The notes under the pieces: model-generated | What the model was told of the DNA's origin: nothing | Seen by the model: only the letters and a program-made list of their open reading frames with translations | The model's database searches: none | Part shown: piece after piece, positions 39,061 through 49,453 of the stretch | Position numbering within the stretch: the first letter of the stretch is position 1 | How the letters are laid out: each line of letters begins with the position of its first letter | Origin: Gemmatimonadota bacterium | Lineage (GTDB): Bacteria > Gemmatimonadota > Gemmatimonadetes > Gemmatimonadales > GWC2-71-9 | Length of the DNA: 64,000 nucleotides | NCBI GenBank assembly: GCA_036679645.1 | Contig: JAZDCY010000014.1 | Coordinates: 160,001 to 224,000, forward strand | Direction of reading: 5' to 3' | Translations under genes and position numbers: made by a program

Positions 39061-42000
39061 CTACCAGCCCCGGCCTGACCGAACGAGTGCTTCCGCGTCC
39101 TGCGGCTCCATTGGCCCGGAGAACAGGAACCCCTGCACGTGTTCGCATTCGAGCGTCTGGAGGAACGCACGCTGCTCCTCCGTCTCCACCCCCTCCGCCA
39201 CGACCGCCATGCCCAGGTTGCGCGCCAGCGTCACGATCGTCCTGACGATCTCGGTGTTCTCTTTATCGATGCCCACGCGACCGACGAACGACTGGTCGAT
39301 CTTGAGCGCGTCCAGACTGAACCGGTGTAAGTAGCCGAGCGAAGAGTATCCGGTCCCGAAATCGTCGACCTGCACCTGGATGCCGGACGCCTTGAGTTCA
39401 TCGAGCAGGCGTACGCTGGCCTCCGCTTTATCCATGAGGACGCTCTCGGTGATCTCGAGTTTCAGGGACGAGGCCGGGAGACCCGTTACCGCCAGCGCAT
39501 CGGCCACGCTCTCGACGAGTCCGGTCTCGCCAAACTGCTTGGGCGACAGATTGACCGAGATCAGGAGCGGCGGATCGCCGTTCCGCGGGATGTCCATCCA
39601 GCGAGTAGCCTGGCGGCACGCCTCCCACAGCGCCCACTGACCAATCTTGACGATCAGGCCGGTCTCTTCGGCGAGTTGAATGAATTCGGTTGGGGGAACG
39701 CAGCCCCGTTCGGGGTGCTCCCACCGCAGCAACGCCTCGAAACCCGCGAGTCGTCCCGTTGCGAGCGTGATGATTGGTTGATAGACGAGCCTGAATTCGT
39801 TTCGGTCGAGCGCGTGCCGCAGGTCCGTCTCCGTCTTGAGCAGCGACATTGCCCGCTCGTGCATGTCTGCATTGAAGATCTCGTGCTCGGCTGTCCCGTG
39901 CGACTTGGCGCGGTACATCGCCGTGTCGGCGTCGCGCAGCACCTCTTCCGGCCGGCGGTACCCGTCGTTCGAGAGCGTAATCCCAATGGAGACCGACGTG
40001 AAAACCTCGTGCCCGCCCAGCGAGAACACCGCCATCAGTTCCGATTGAATGCGGTCGGCAATGGCGATCGCGTCGTCCTCATCGACGATGTCGTCCAACA
40101 GCACGGTGAACTCGTCTCCGCCCAATCGCGCCACCGTATCGCCCGGTCTGAGAGAGGCAGACAACCGGTGGGCGACCTCGATCAATAGCTGGTCGCCCAG
40201 CATGTGCCCCAGGCTGTCGTTGATGACCTTGAAGCGGTCCATGTCGAGAAACAGCACGGCAAACTGATAGTCCTTGCGCCGCTTGAGACGCGCGAGCGAC
40301 CGCTCGAGCAGGTTGGTGAAGAGCGCGCGATTGGGAAGACCGGTCAGGGCGTCGTGAAACGCATCGTGGATCAACCGCTCTTCGGCGAGCTTACGGTCGG
40401 AGATGTCGGTCTGCGACCCGGCAATCCGGGTGGCGATGCCGGCGCCATCCCGCTCCACGACCCCGCGGCACAGCACCCACCGGTACGATCTGTCCGCGTG
40501 CAGGATGCGATGCTCGTTCTCGAAGTGCGGTGCCCGACCCGTGACGTGAGCATCGATATCGGTCCGTAGCCGATCGACATCCTCGGGATGCACGATAGAG
40601 AACCAGTCCTCGCTGCGGTCGCCGATCTCCTGCTCGCCCCGCCCGAGCTGGGCACGCCAGCGGGGCGAATAGTAGACGCGGTCGGTCTCGAGGTTCCAAT
40701 CCCAGAGCCCGTCGTTTGCGCCGCGGGCCGCCAAGGCGTAGCGCTCTTCGCTCTCCCGCAGCGCCTGCTCGGTCGCCCGGCGATCGGTCACGTCGCGAAC
40801 CATCCCGCGGAAACCGATGGTGAGGCCCGCCTCGTCGCGCACCGGGCTGACGGACGCCTCGACCTGACGAAGCGTGCCGTCACCGCCAGTCACTTCCCAA
40901 TCGAAGATGCGCGCCGATGCACCCGTCTCATACACGTCGTGGAACGTGGCGAACACACGCCGCGCATTGATCGCGTCCGTGTACTCGCGATAGTGCAATC
41001 CCCGCAACTCCCCGGCGGGGTACGCGAGAATCCGCTGCAGGGCGCTGTTGAACGAGATCAGTACGCCGGCAGCGTCAACCTCGTAGTAGCCGTCCTCGAT
41101 CGTCTCGAGAATGGAACGGTATTGCTCTTCGCTACGTTGTAGAGCGAACTGCGCGCGCTTGCGGTCTGTGATGTCGTTGGTGAGGGCCAGGAGACAGCGC
41201 TCGCCACCCCGCTCGATCACGTCCGCGGAGAAGAGCCCCGAGCGCTCTTCGCCGCTCTTTGTGCGGAACGTGTACTCGAAGTCGCGCACCATGCCACAGC
41301 ACTCCAGCAGGTCACACACGCGCTCCCGCTCGGCCGGATTGGCCCACAGCCCGATCTCCAGAGTCGTCCGCCCGATGACGGCCTCACGCTCGTGTCCGGT
41401 GATCTCGACGAACGCGTCGTTCACCTCGATGATCCGTCCGGTTTCGAGCGCGCTGATGGTGGCGGGCCCGGGCGTGGACCGGAACGCGGTGGAGAATTTC
41501 TCTTCCGAGGCCTGAAGCGCCCGAAGCGTGTCGTTCCGCTCGGTGACATCGCGGTAGATGGCGTACACCGCGATCTGGCCGCCCTCGTAGTGGATGGGCG
41601 TTCCCAGCACCGAGACCTGGACGAGCGACCCGTCCTTGCACCGCCGGGCCGTCTCGAAGCTGACATGGTCTCCGCTGGCAACCCGGCGCGTAGCGTCCTG
41701 CGCCTCGGCCCGAAGACCTTTGGGCGCCAGCAGATCGTCCAGCGCCTGCCCCACCGCCTCCGTCTGGCTGTACCCGAACAACTCCGTGAACGCCCGGTTG
41801 ACCCGCATGACGCGACTGTCGTTGTCCGCGAGCACAACCGCCTCGGGCGTGCTCTCGAAGAGCTGATCGAGAAGCGCCCGATCCGCCCCGGCGGCATGGG
41901 CCCGCACACGTGCCGGCACAGGTGCCTCCGGAAGCACCGGTTCCCGCCGGCGGTGGGAGAGCGCCCAGCGGGCTGCCGTGGCCACTGCGGCGAACGACGC

Positions 42001-42081
42001 GACCGGGAAAGTCACGGTGACCGTCCCGGCGCGGGGAACTGCAGATTTCCGCCACTGAAGGCGCGCATGCGCCAACTCCAT
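39061..42081 (-). CDS. 4xPAS-GGDEF-EAL protein (start uncertain)
   Basis: Four PAS/PAC units ending D(V/I)(T/S)(E/D)R; RPGD I-site + GGDEF; EAL and DDFGTGYSS. Confidence 0.95.
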   Translation of the reverse strand: MELAHARLQWRKSAVPRAGTVTVTFPVASFAAVATAARWALSHRRREPVLPEAPVPARVRAHAAGADRALLDQLFESTPEAVVLADNDSRVMRVNRAFTELFGYSQTEAVGQALDDLLAPKGLRAEAQDATRRVASGDHVSFETARRCKDGSLVQVSVLGTPIHYEGGQIAVYAIYRDVTERNDTLRALQASEEKFSTAFRSTPGPATISALETGRIIEVNDAFVEITGHEREAVIGRTTLEIGLWANPAERERVCDLLECCGMVRDFEYTFRTKSGEERSGLFSADVIERGGERCLLALTNDITDRKRAQFALQRSEEQYRSILETIEDGYYEVDAAGVLISFNSALQRILAYPAGELRGLHYREYTDAINARRVFATFHDVYETGASARIFDWEVTGGDGTLRQVEASVSPVRDEAGLTIGFRGMVRDVTDRRATEQALRESEERYALAARGANDGLWDWNLETDRVYYSPRWRAQLGRGEQEIGDRSEDWFSIVHPEDVDRLRTDIDAHVTGRAPHFENEHRILHADRSYRWVLCRGVVERDGAGIATRIAGSQTDISDRKLAEERLIHDAFHDALTGLPNRALFTNLLERSLARLKRRKDYQFAVLFLDMDRFKVINDSLGHMLGDQLLIEVAHRLSASLRPGDTVARLGGDEFTVLLDDIVDEDDAIAIADRIQSELMAVFSLGGHEVFTSVSIGITLSNDGYRRPEEVLRDADTAMYRAKSHGTAEHEIFNADMHERAMSLLKTETDLRHALDRNEFRLVYQPIITLATGRLAGFEALLRWEHPERGCVPPTEFIQLAEETGLIVKIGQWALWEACRQATRWMDIPRNGDPPLLISVNLSPKQFGETGLVESVADALAVTGLPASSLKLEITESVLMDKAEASVRLLDELKASGIQVQVDDFGTGYSSLGYLHRFSLDALKIDQSFVGRVGIDKENTEIVRTIVTLARNLGMAVVAEGVETEEQRAFLQTLECEHVQGFLFSGPMEPQDAEALVRSGRGW

Positions 42082-42228
42082 AACTCGTTGTAAAATAGTG
42101 ACTTACGTGCCTCATCCGTTTGGAGGAGGCACGCTGGCTCACAGACCCTCTTGAGTTTGCGACAAACCCGGCTTCGCTGCTGTGCGGTGCCGCACACCGG
42201 CCAAAACGGCGCCTGACCATGTTCGAGC

Positions 42229-43449
42229 GTGCCAAACCGCATGTTGGCCCTGGTCGTCCCCGAGGGCGTGGTCCTGCTGCTGGTCGTACTCGCACTTCGG
42301 TCGAGCGCGCTCACGGCGCACGCGGGGGCGTTCGTCGACCTCTACCCGCTGGGCGTTCTCGTGGCCGGCGTGGCACTCGCGTGGCGCTTCGAGCGGAGCG
42401 GCGTTGTGCTGGGCTTACTGGTCCTCGCCGCGGCAGCCGGTGGACTCGCCTGGAGCACCACCCGACAGCCGGGTGTGGCCTCCGCGATGCCGCTCGTTGC
42501 GGGCGTGCTCGTGCCGCTCAACCTGATCGCGCTCGGCCTCATCCGCGAACGCGGTCTCTGGACGCGTGAGGGCGGAGTGCGGCTCGTAGTCCTGATCGCC
42601 CAGGCCGGGGTGGTCCTTGCACTCCTGACACGCGGACCCGTAGACCTCGCCCCGATCGACTTCCACGTACTTCCCGCATGGCTCACGCGCTGGACGGGAC
42701 TCGGGGATCTTCCGCTGACCGTACACGTCGCAGCGGTGGGACTGTTTGCGGTGCGCGCGTTCTTCTCCGGTCGCCCAATCGATCGCGGGTACCTATGGGC
42801 GAGCGTGGGGAGCCTGCTGGCGTTCTCCGCCGCGCCATCCGTTGCAACTCCGATCGCTACGGCGCTGTTCGCGACCGCGGGCCTGGCACTCGCCATCGCC
42901 GTGGTGGAGTCATCCTACTCGCTGGCCTACCGCGACGGGCTGACGGGACTACCGGGCCGCCGAGCACTGGACGAGGCCCTGGACCGAACCCCAGGGTGCT
43001 ACACGGTGGCGATGGTCGATATCGATCACTTCAAGCGGTTCAATGACCGCCACGGTCACGCAGTGGGCGACCAGGTGCTCCGCATGGTTGCCAGGGTGCT
43101 GGGGAAGGTCGGGGGAGGCGGCCGCGCCTTTCGTTACGGTGGAGAGGAGTTCGCCATTCTCTTCCAGCGGAAGGCGGTCGATGAAACCGAGCCGTACCTC
43201 GAGCGTCTCCGGAGCGGCGTCGAGCAGTCGCACTTTACCGTTCGAGGTCGCGATCGCCCCAAGAGCAAGCCCCGGCAGCCACGGAAACGGCGTTCCGCAT
43301 CCCGGCTGTCGGTGACGGTGAGTATCGGCGTCTCGGCCAGAAACGGACGGGATCTCCCACCGATGGAGGTGGTCAAGGCAGCCGATGCGGCGCTGTACAG
43401 GGCGAAGCGGGGGGGCAGGAACCGGGTGCGCTGTGACAGGGCGATGTAA
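42229..43449 (+). CDS. Membrane-anchored diguanylate cyclase
   Basis: Multiple TM helices; DGLTGL, DIDHFK, GGEEF, ADAALYRAK. Confidence 0.92.
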   Translation: MPNRMLALVVPEGVVLLLVVLALRSSALTAHAGAFVDLYPLGVLVAGVALAWRFERSGVVLGLLVLAAAAGGLAWSTTRQPGVASAMPLVAGVLVPLNLIALGLIRERGLWTREGGVRLVVLIAQAGVVLALLTRGPVDLAPIDFHVLPAWLTRWTGLGDLPLTVHVAAVGLFAVRAFFSGRPIDRGYLWASVGSLLAFSAAPSVATPIATALFATAGLALAIAVVESSYSLAYRDGLTGLPGRRALDEALDRTPGCYTVAMVDIDHFKRFNDRHGHAVGDQVLRMVARVLGKVGGGGRAFRYGGEEFAILFQRKAVDETEPYLERLRSGVEQSHFTVRGRDRPKSKPRQPRKRRSASRLSVTVSIGVSARNGRDLPPMEVVKAADAALYRAKRGGRNRVRCDRAM

Positions 43450-43663
43450 GGGGGGAAGCCCAGGGGCAGGTGGGGACGGAAGGCAGGGCCACGGTTGAGA
43501 AAACCACGGCCGCTGCAAAAGGGAGCGCGCGCATGGGACCTCCGGGAAGACGAGGCGGGGACAGCCGCACTATGGGAGGCGGTACGGGGGAGGTCGACGA
43601 GGGGCGATGAAAGGGGCGCAAATGGAACTGGTCGGCGGCCTCGCTGAGCTCTATTCTTCAGCT

Positions 43664-43743
43664 GCACAGACGCTCAGGTGCTCAGACGCTCAGGTGCTCA
43701 GGTGCTCAGGTGCTCAGGTGCTCAGACGCTCGGGTGCTCAGAT
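43664..43743. repeat. Octamer tandem repeat GCWCRGRY x10
   Basis: gcacagac gctcaggt gctcagac gctcaggt... Confidence 0.9.
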
Positions 43744-43755
43744 GGAGAGGTGGAT

Positions 43756-45038
43756 ATGAGAGGCAGGCGTTCCTTCCTACGGGGTATCACGGGGGCTGGG
43801 GCAGCGGCGGTATTTGGGGACCTAACGACGGCTCGGGAAGCGGTTGCCGCTCAGATTGCCGCAACACCTCCACTCGCCGCACACCGCTCACCGCGCACGC
43901 TTGCGAACGAGTACCTGCTCGACCCGGACATCGTCTACCTCAACCACGCCTCGATCGGGACCATTCCGCGCGTCGTGCACGAGGCCCACACGCGGTATCT
44001 CGCACTCTGCGAGGCGAACCCGTGGCTCTACATGTGGGGGGGTGCGTGGGACGAACCGCGCGAAGCGGTCCGGGACGCGGCGGCACGCTACCTGGGTGCA
44101 ACGCCTGCCGAGATTGCCCTCACGCACAATACGACCGAAGGGTTCAACACGATCGCCCAGGGCCTGCCGCTCGGACCGGGTGACGAGGTCGTCTTCAGTT
44201 CGCTCAATCATCCCGGGGCGAGCGTCTGCTGGCATCATCGGGCGCAAGAAAGAGGGTTCGCGGTCAGACAATTCACCTTTCCTATCGCCGACGCGCCCTC
44301 GCTCACCACGCACGACGTACTGAACGTCTACGATGAGCACATCACGCCGCGTACGCGTGTGCTTGTCTTCCCGCATATCGACAACATGATCGGCCTGCGT
44401 TACCCGGTCCGGGAGCTGACCGACCTCGCACGATCGAAGGGTGTCGAGTTCATCGCGGTGGATGGCGCGCAGGCGGTGGGCATGATCCCGATCGACATGC
44501 ACGCGCTCGGCGTGGACTTCTATGCCGGGAGTCCGCACAAGTGGATCCAGGCTCCCAAGGGCTTGGGCGTGCTGTACGTGCGCCGGGCGGTGGAGGACAC
44601 GCTCCGGCCAATGTGGGTGACCTGGGGCCAGGAGCGTTGGGCCGGTAGCGCACGCGTGTTCGAGGATTATGGTACGCGTAACCTGGCAGCGGCCCTGGCG
44701 CTCGGCGACGCCTTCGATTTCCAGACGCGATTGGGCCAAGAGACGAAGGTGCAGCGCTACCAAACGCTCTGGCAGCACGCGCGCTCGGTGGTCGAGGCCT
44801 CGCCGCGGCTCATCTGGCGAAGCCCACGTTCGTGGGAGCGCGCAACGTCACTGTTCGCCGTGAGGTGCGCGACATCGGGATCGCGCAGGTCTACCGCGCT
44901 CTGTGGCCCGATCAGGGCGTCGTCTTTCGCGCCTTTGCCGACCCGGAATTGAACACCGCACGCCTCTCACCAAACACGTTCACGACCGAAGAGGATCTCT
45001 CCCGCGCGCTCGCTGCCATGGCGTCCGTCGGGCGCTGA
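43756..45038 (+). pseudogene. Tat-exported aminotransferase class V, frameshifted near 44860
   Basis: RRSFL Tat motif, YLNHAS, VDGAQ, SPHKW; C-terminus (RLSPNTFTTEEDL) is in another frame. Confidence 0.82.
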
Positions 45039-45121
45039 CAGCGTGACCGCCGCACACTGGCAGAGACCGATTCCTCGCGGTATCGTTCTCACGAACTCGA
45101 AACTCTTGGAGTATCCGTCGT

Positions 45122-45361
45122 ATGGCCATCACGATCGAGCGATTCGTAGAAGAGATGGAGAAGCTCAAGACCGAAATGGATGCCGGCCTACAGCATGGGG
45201 AGTACGATCAGCGGCTCGCACGGATCATCCACGAGTTGCGCGAGCGGAAACTCGACGCCGACAGAGCGAAGATCACGAGCACGCTCGAAGACCTGCTGAG
45301 CCGGGCCGTGATTACATCGGGTGTCAAAGAGCACTTGGAGAAACGTCTCGGTCTCGTCTGA
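45122..45361 (+). CDS. Small helical hypothetical protein
   Basis: 79 aa, GGAG RBS, protein-like composition. Confidence 0.7.
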   Translation: MAITIERFVEEMEKLKTEMDAGLQHGEYDQRLARIIHELRERKLDADRAKITSTLEDLLSRAVITSGVKEHLEKRLGLV

Positions 45362-45389
45362 GCGCCGCGCCGTGAAGATTGACGGCCGC

Positions 45390-45447
45390 CTCTCTGCGGT
45401 GAAGCATCCCAACACTCGGCGAGGAGCTAACCTTCACTCACCGCAGA
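45390..45447. repeat. REP-like element between convergent genes
   Basis: ctctgcggtga...tcaccgcagag inverted repeat. Confidence 0.65.
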
Positions 45448-45452
45448 GCCCG

Positions 45453-47537
45453 CTAGGGTACGGTCACTTCCCGCCTTTCCGTCATTAGCGGCAACGCCAC
45501 CAACGTCATCGTCGCCGCCGTCACCGTCCCGATGATCACTGCAATGCCAAATCGTTGCGTCGGTGGGAACTGCGACAGCGCAAAGATGCCAAACCCAGCG
45601 CAGATGATCAGCGTTGCGCCGAGGATGGCCGGCAGCAGTTGCGACCGCGCGTCGCGCCACGCCCGGGAGTCGGAAAGCCCCTCACCCCGGAGCCGCCGGA
45701 CCCGTGTCACCAGGTGAATCATCGAATCGACGCCCATCGCGAGCGAGATGTTGGCGGCAGGTGAAGTGATGATATCGAGCGGGAGCCCTAGATGACCCAT
45801 CGCGCCCAGCACGACCACGGGAATCCCCGCCAGGCCTGCGACCATGGCCGCCGCCCACGAGCCACGCCGCGCAACAATGAACGCGATCCCCACAAACAAA
45901 ACGACAAGCCCGCCGAGCCCGTACCGCACGCTGCGTGAGATCAGCCGTCCAAGCTGCGCCTGTAGCTCGAAGACCCCGCCGGTTTGAGCGACCTCGAACC
46001 CGTGCCCGCGCGCGACGGCGCGCATCCGCTCCGTCGTCGCGGCGCGTCCCTCGAACACGCCCGACTCGCGCATGCGGAGGAAGTAGAGCGCCTCACTTCG
46101 GTCGGCGGACACGAAACTGCGCGAGATGTGGTTGAAGAGTGGCGTATCGAGGATATCGAGTAGCTGACTCCAGCCCAGCAATCCCGCGAGTGGCTGCCGC
46201 TTCGCGTGCGACAACATGGGGGCCGGCGACAAGACGACACCCACCGCCGAATCCGACTCCAGTTCCTCCTGCAGATCCCACATGCGCTCGTAGATGGCAT
46301 CGGTATCGATGCGCGCACCGGCCGTATCGCGGACCGCGAGATAGAGCGTGCTGCTCCCGCCATCCCGATCGATCGCCTCGAGCCCCGCGCGGAGGTCGCT
46401 CCCGGGAGCGAAGTACGACAGTAGGGACGGTTCCGTCGCGAGCCGGAACACACCCGGCACGCCCGCGATCACGAGAGCGGCGATGAGCACGAGCCAGATG
46501 CGCCGCCGCGGCGGCCGTGAGAGGATTTCGGGCATGCGCGTCCCGCGCGCCGTCCGCGCGCCGACGCCCGCCGAGCGCAGGAACAAAGGAAAGACACCGT
46601 ACGCCACCGCGAGCGCTACGCCTGCGCCGATCGCCCCAGCTATCCCCAGCTCGCGCAGCGGGCGCGCGGACGCCAGCAACAGTGCCAGGAACCCGAGCAT
46701 TGTCGTGGCCATACTCCAAAACGACGCCGAGAATGTCATCCGCACGGCCGCGGACGCGGCATCGGGTGAGAGATGTTCCGCGAGGGCCCGCCGCCAGTTG
46801 GCGGTGAGAAAGACCGCGTGCGAGAGCGTGAGCACGAAGACGATGGTCACGATGTTCGCCGTCAGCAGCCCGATCCGCACGCCGAGCAGCGTGTTGACGA
46901 TCAGCGTCACGGCACAGGAAAGCAGACATGCCGTGAGCGTGCCAAGGACCACGGCCCCGACTCGATAGACGACAGCGATCATTGCACCGAATACCAGCAA
47001 CGCTGCGAGGCTGAACGTCACGAAGTCGCGCGACAGGCTGCGGCGGATCAACTCGACGACGTACAGGACGCCCGAGACCTGGATCTGCCGGGCCCCCGCC
47101 CCCCTGTCCACCCCACTGATGACGTGCTCGACCCCTGCCACGAGGGTCGCGGTACTCTTCTCATCGACCTGCAGGATGATGTTGGTGGCGCGCCCGTCCG
47201 GCGTGGTTAGCAGCCGACCCCAGAGCGGGCTGGTGGCGTCTTCGGTCGCGACGCTGTACGCCGCCACGACGCCGTCGACAGCCCGGAGGGAATCGGCGAG
47301 CGAGCGCACGGTCGCCCGGTACTCGGCGCTCTCGAGGTTATCTCCGGGGACCCGCACCACCAGTTGCTCGGGTGAGGGGAACCGTTCCTGAAGCTCGGTG
47401 GTAGCTCGCAGTTGGGGATCGTCTTCCGAGAAGAAGAACTCGCTCTCGACGCGCGGCGCGAGATCCACGAACACGATGACCCCCGCCACGACGACGGCCG
47501 TCGCGGCGACGAGTACCAGGTCAGTGCGGATGCGCAT
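45453..47537 (-). CDS. MMPL/RND family transporter
   Basis: Two repeats of TM + periplasmic loop + 5 TM; GVDSMIHL. Confidence 0.85.
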   Translation of the reverse strand: MRIRTDLVLVAATAVVVAGVIVFVDLAPRVESEFFFSEDDPQLRATTELQERFPSPEQLVVRVPGDNLESAEYRATVRSLADSLRAVDGVVAAYSVATEDATSPLWGRLLTTPDGRATNIILQVDEKSTATLVAGVEHVISGVDRGAGARQIQVSGVLYVVELIRRSLSRDFVTFSLAALLVFGAMIAVVYRVGAVVLGTLTACLLSCAVTLIVNTLLGVRIGLLTANIVTIVFVLTLSHAVFLTANWRRALAEHLSPDAASAAVRMTFSASFWSMATTMLGFLALLLASARPLRELGIAGAIGAGVALAVAYGVFPLFLRSAGVGARTARGTRMPEILSRPPRRRIWLVLIAALVIAGVPGVFRLATEPSLLSYFAPGSDLRAGLEAIDRDGGSSTLYLAVRDTAGARIDTDAIYERMWDLQEELESDSAVGVVLSPAPMLSHAKRQPLAGLLGWSQLLDILDTPLFNHISRSFVSADRSEALYFLRMRESGVFEGRAATTERMRAVARGHGFEVAQTGGVFELQAQLGRLISRSVRYGLGGLVVLFVGIAFIVARRGSWAAAMVAGLAGIPVVVLGAMGHLGLPLDIITSPAANISLAMGVDSMIHLVTRVRRLRGEGLSDSRAWRDARSQLLPAILGATLIICAGFGIFALSQFPPTQRFGIAVIIGTVTAATMTLVALPLMTERREVTVP

Positions 47538-47593
47538 GGCAACTTAGATTACCACCACGGGAACCAATCACGAAAGCCGCAGGCAGGAAAACC

Positions 47594-48046
47594 ATGATCG
47601 AGCTGAAAGCCATACTCGCAGCGGCCGCCTTGGCCGCACCAATCTCAACCGCAGCGGCGCAGGAGGCCGAGGTCCAGGCCGCGATGGAGGCAACGCTTGC
47701 GGCGTGGAACGTTGGTGACCTGGAAGAAGTTGCCGCGCACTACGCGGCCGGGACGCGCGGGTTCTTCCTGGACGGGGGCGTGCTGCTGCGCGGGTTCAAC
47801 CTCCCGGCACTGCAAGCGGCATACGCTGCCGGGTTCCGCGCGAGCTTCACTGCACGCGACGTCGACGTACGGGTACTCGGGAACGTTGCGGTGGCCGCCG
47901 CCTACCTCGACGGCTCGCTCACGCTTCCGGGTGGCGAGCCACAGGCAGGCATATGGCGGTATACGGAGACGCGGGTGAACGAGGACGGGCGTTGGCTCAT
48001 CGTGCAGTATCACTTCTCGCAGATGACTACGCCCACCGGACGGTAG
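47594..48046 (+). CDS. Exported SnoaL/NTF2-like protein
   Basis: Signal peptide; AWN.GD; W.IVQYHFS C-terminus. Confidence 0.8.
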   Translation: MIELKAILAAAALAAPISTAAAQEAEVQAAMEATLAAWNVGDLEEVAAHYAAGTRGFFLDGGVLLRGFNLPALQAAYAAGFRASFTARDVDVRVLGNVAVAAAYLDGSLTLPGGEPQAGIWRYTETRVNEDGRWLIVQYHFSQMTTPTGR

Positions 48047-48067
48047 CCGCGGCCCCGAATCCCGCGG

Positions 48068-49402
48068 CTAGTACTCGTCGCCCAACCCGAACGTCGGCTG
48101 CCGAGTGACCCAGCGCCCGCCGGTGAAGTCCGGAAACGGGACGGGTTGGCTCCCGCCGGCCACCGAACGCTCCGACAGCGGGCTGATCACGCTCCACGCC
48201 GCAGCATCGTACACATCGAGCGGGGTCGGCTCGTGCCGCTTCACCGACTCGAGAAATCCGTGCAGCACGAAAAAGTCCATGCCGCCGTGTCCCGCACCGG
48301 TGGCGCGTTCCTCGTATCGCTGCCACAGCGGATGGTCGTACCGTTCGAGATAGGGAGCCGCCTCTTCCCAGCGATGGGGCCGCTCGCTCACCCCCTCGAG
48401 ATAGATCGACCGGTTGTCGCTCATCCAGATACCTTTCGTGCCCTGCACGCGGAAGTTCAACGAGTAGGGTCGCGGCAGATTCGTATCGTGACTCACGACC
48501 ATAGTCTGACCGTTGGCGCACTTGATCACGGTCGTCACGATGTCACCCAACGCGAATCGGACGCCGGCGTTCGGGTGACCTTCCCCACCCTGCGCCACGA
48601 TGTACTCGTGTAGTCCACGGGTCTGGGTGGCCGTAGAGGTGAGGTACAGGAAGCGATTGCCGTGGTTGATGTTCAGACAGTTCGCCATGGGACCCACGCC
48701 ATGCGTGGGGTAGAGATCGCCGTTGCGGCGAATGGCATGTTGTGTCCGCCAGCGAGCCTCACCCGTCGACCCCGGACCGAACTCGGCGCCGGGCTGGAAC
48801 TTGATGGCGCGCAGGTCGTGCTGATACCCACCCTGGCAGTGCATCAACTCGCCAAAGAGCCCCTCGCGCACCATGTTGAGCACGGCAATCGTGTCCCGGC
48901 GATAGCAGACGTTCTCCATCACCTGGCACGGCATACCCGTGTCCTCGGAGGTGTGCACCAGTTCCCAGCAATCCTCGACCGTGACCGCCGCGGGGACCTC
49001 GACGCCGACTGTCTTGCCGGCCCGCATCGCGGCGACGGCCATGGGCGTGTGCCATAACCAGGGAGTGGCAATGATGACGGCATCCAGATCGTCCCGCGTC
49101 ACGAGGTTGCGGAAATCCTCTTCGCCATTACCGTAGGCGACGGGGGCATCCTGCCCCGCTTCCTCTACGGACCGTACGGCGTTGCCGAGCGCCTCCGGAT
49201 CGATGTCGCACAGGGCGTTGATCTTCGTATCGTCGCGCCGCAGCGCAAGCCCAAGGGTGCTCGTCCCGCGGCCGCCGACCCCGATGATTCCGAGGCGTAC
49301 TTCGCGGTCGTCGCGGCCGATCACGATATTGGGTCTGAAACCCGCGATTCCGGCCACGGCGCCGGCGCTCCCTTGAACGAACGTCCGTCTGTCCATCGGC
49401 AT
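48068..49402 (-). CDS. Gfo/Idh/MocA oxidoreductase, GH109 alpha-N-acetylgalactosaminidase-like (Tat)
   Basis: RRTF, GVGGRG, ATPWLWH, ENVCY, YPTHG, GHGGMD. Confidence 0.88.
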   Translation of the reverse strand: MPMDRRTFVQGSAGAVAGIAGFRPNIVIGRDDREVRLGIIGVGGRGTSTLGLALRRDDTKINALCDIDPEALGNAVRSVEEAGQDAPVAYGNGEEDFRNLVTRDDLDAVIIATPWLWHTPMAVAAMRAGKTVGVEVPAAVTVEDCWELVHTSEDTGMPCQVMENVCYRRDTIAVLNMVREGLFGELMHCQGGYQHDLRAIKFQPGAEFGPGSTGEARWRTQHAIRRNGDLYPTHGVGPMANCLNINHGNRFLYLTSTATQTRGLHEYIVAQGGEGHPNAGVRFALGDIVTTVIKCANGQTMVVSHDTNLPRPYSLNFRVQGTKGIWMSDNRSIYLEGVSERPHRWEEAAPYLERYDHPLWQRYEERATGAGHGGMDFFVLHGFLESVKRHEPTPLDVYDAAAWSVISPLSERSVAGGSQPVPFPDFTGGRWVTRQPTFGLGDEY

Positions 49403-49453
49403 CGTCGCTCCTTGCTCGTGCGGTCGGTGCAGAAGGGTTAGAATCTACCTGCC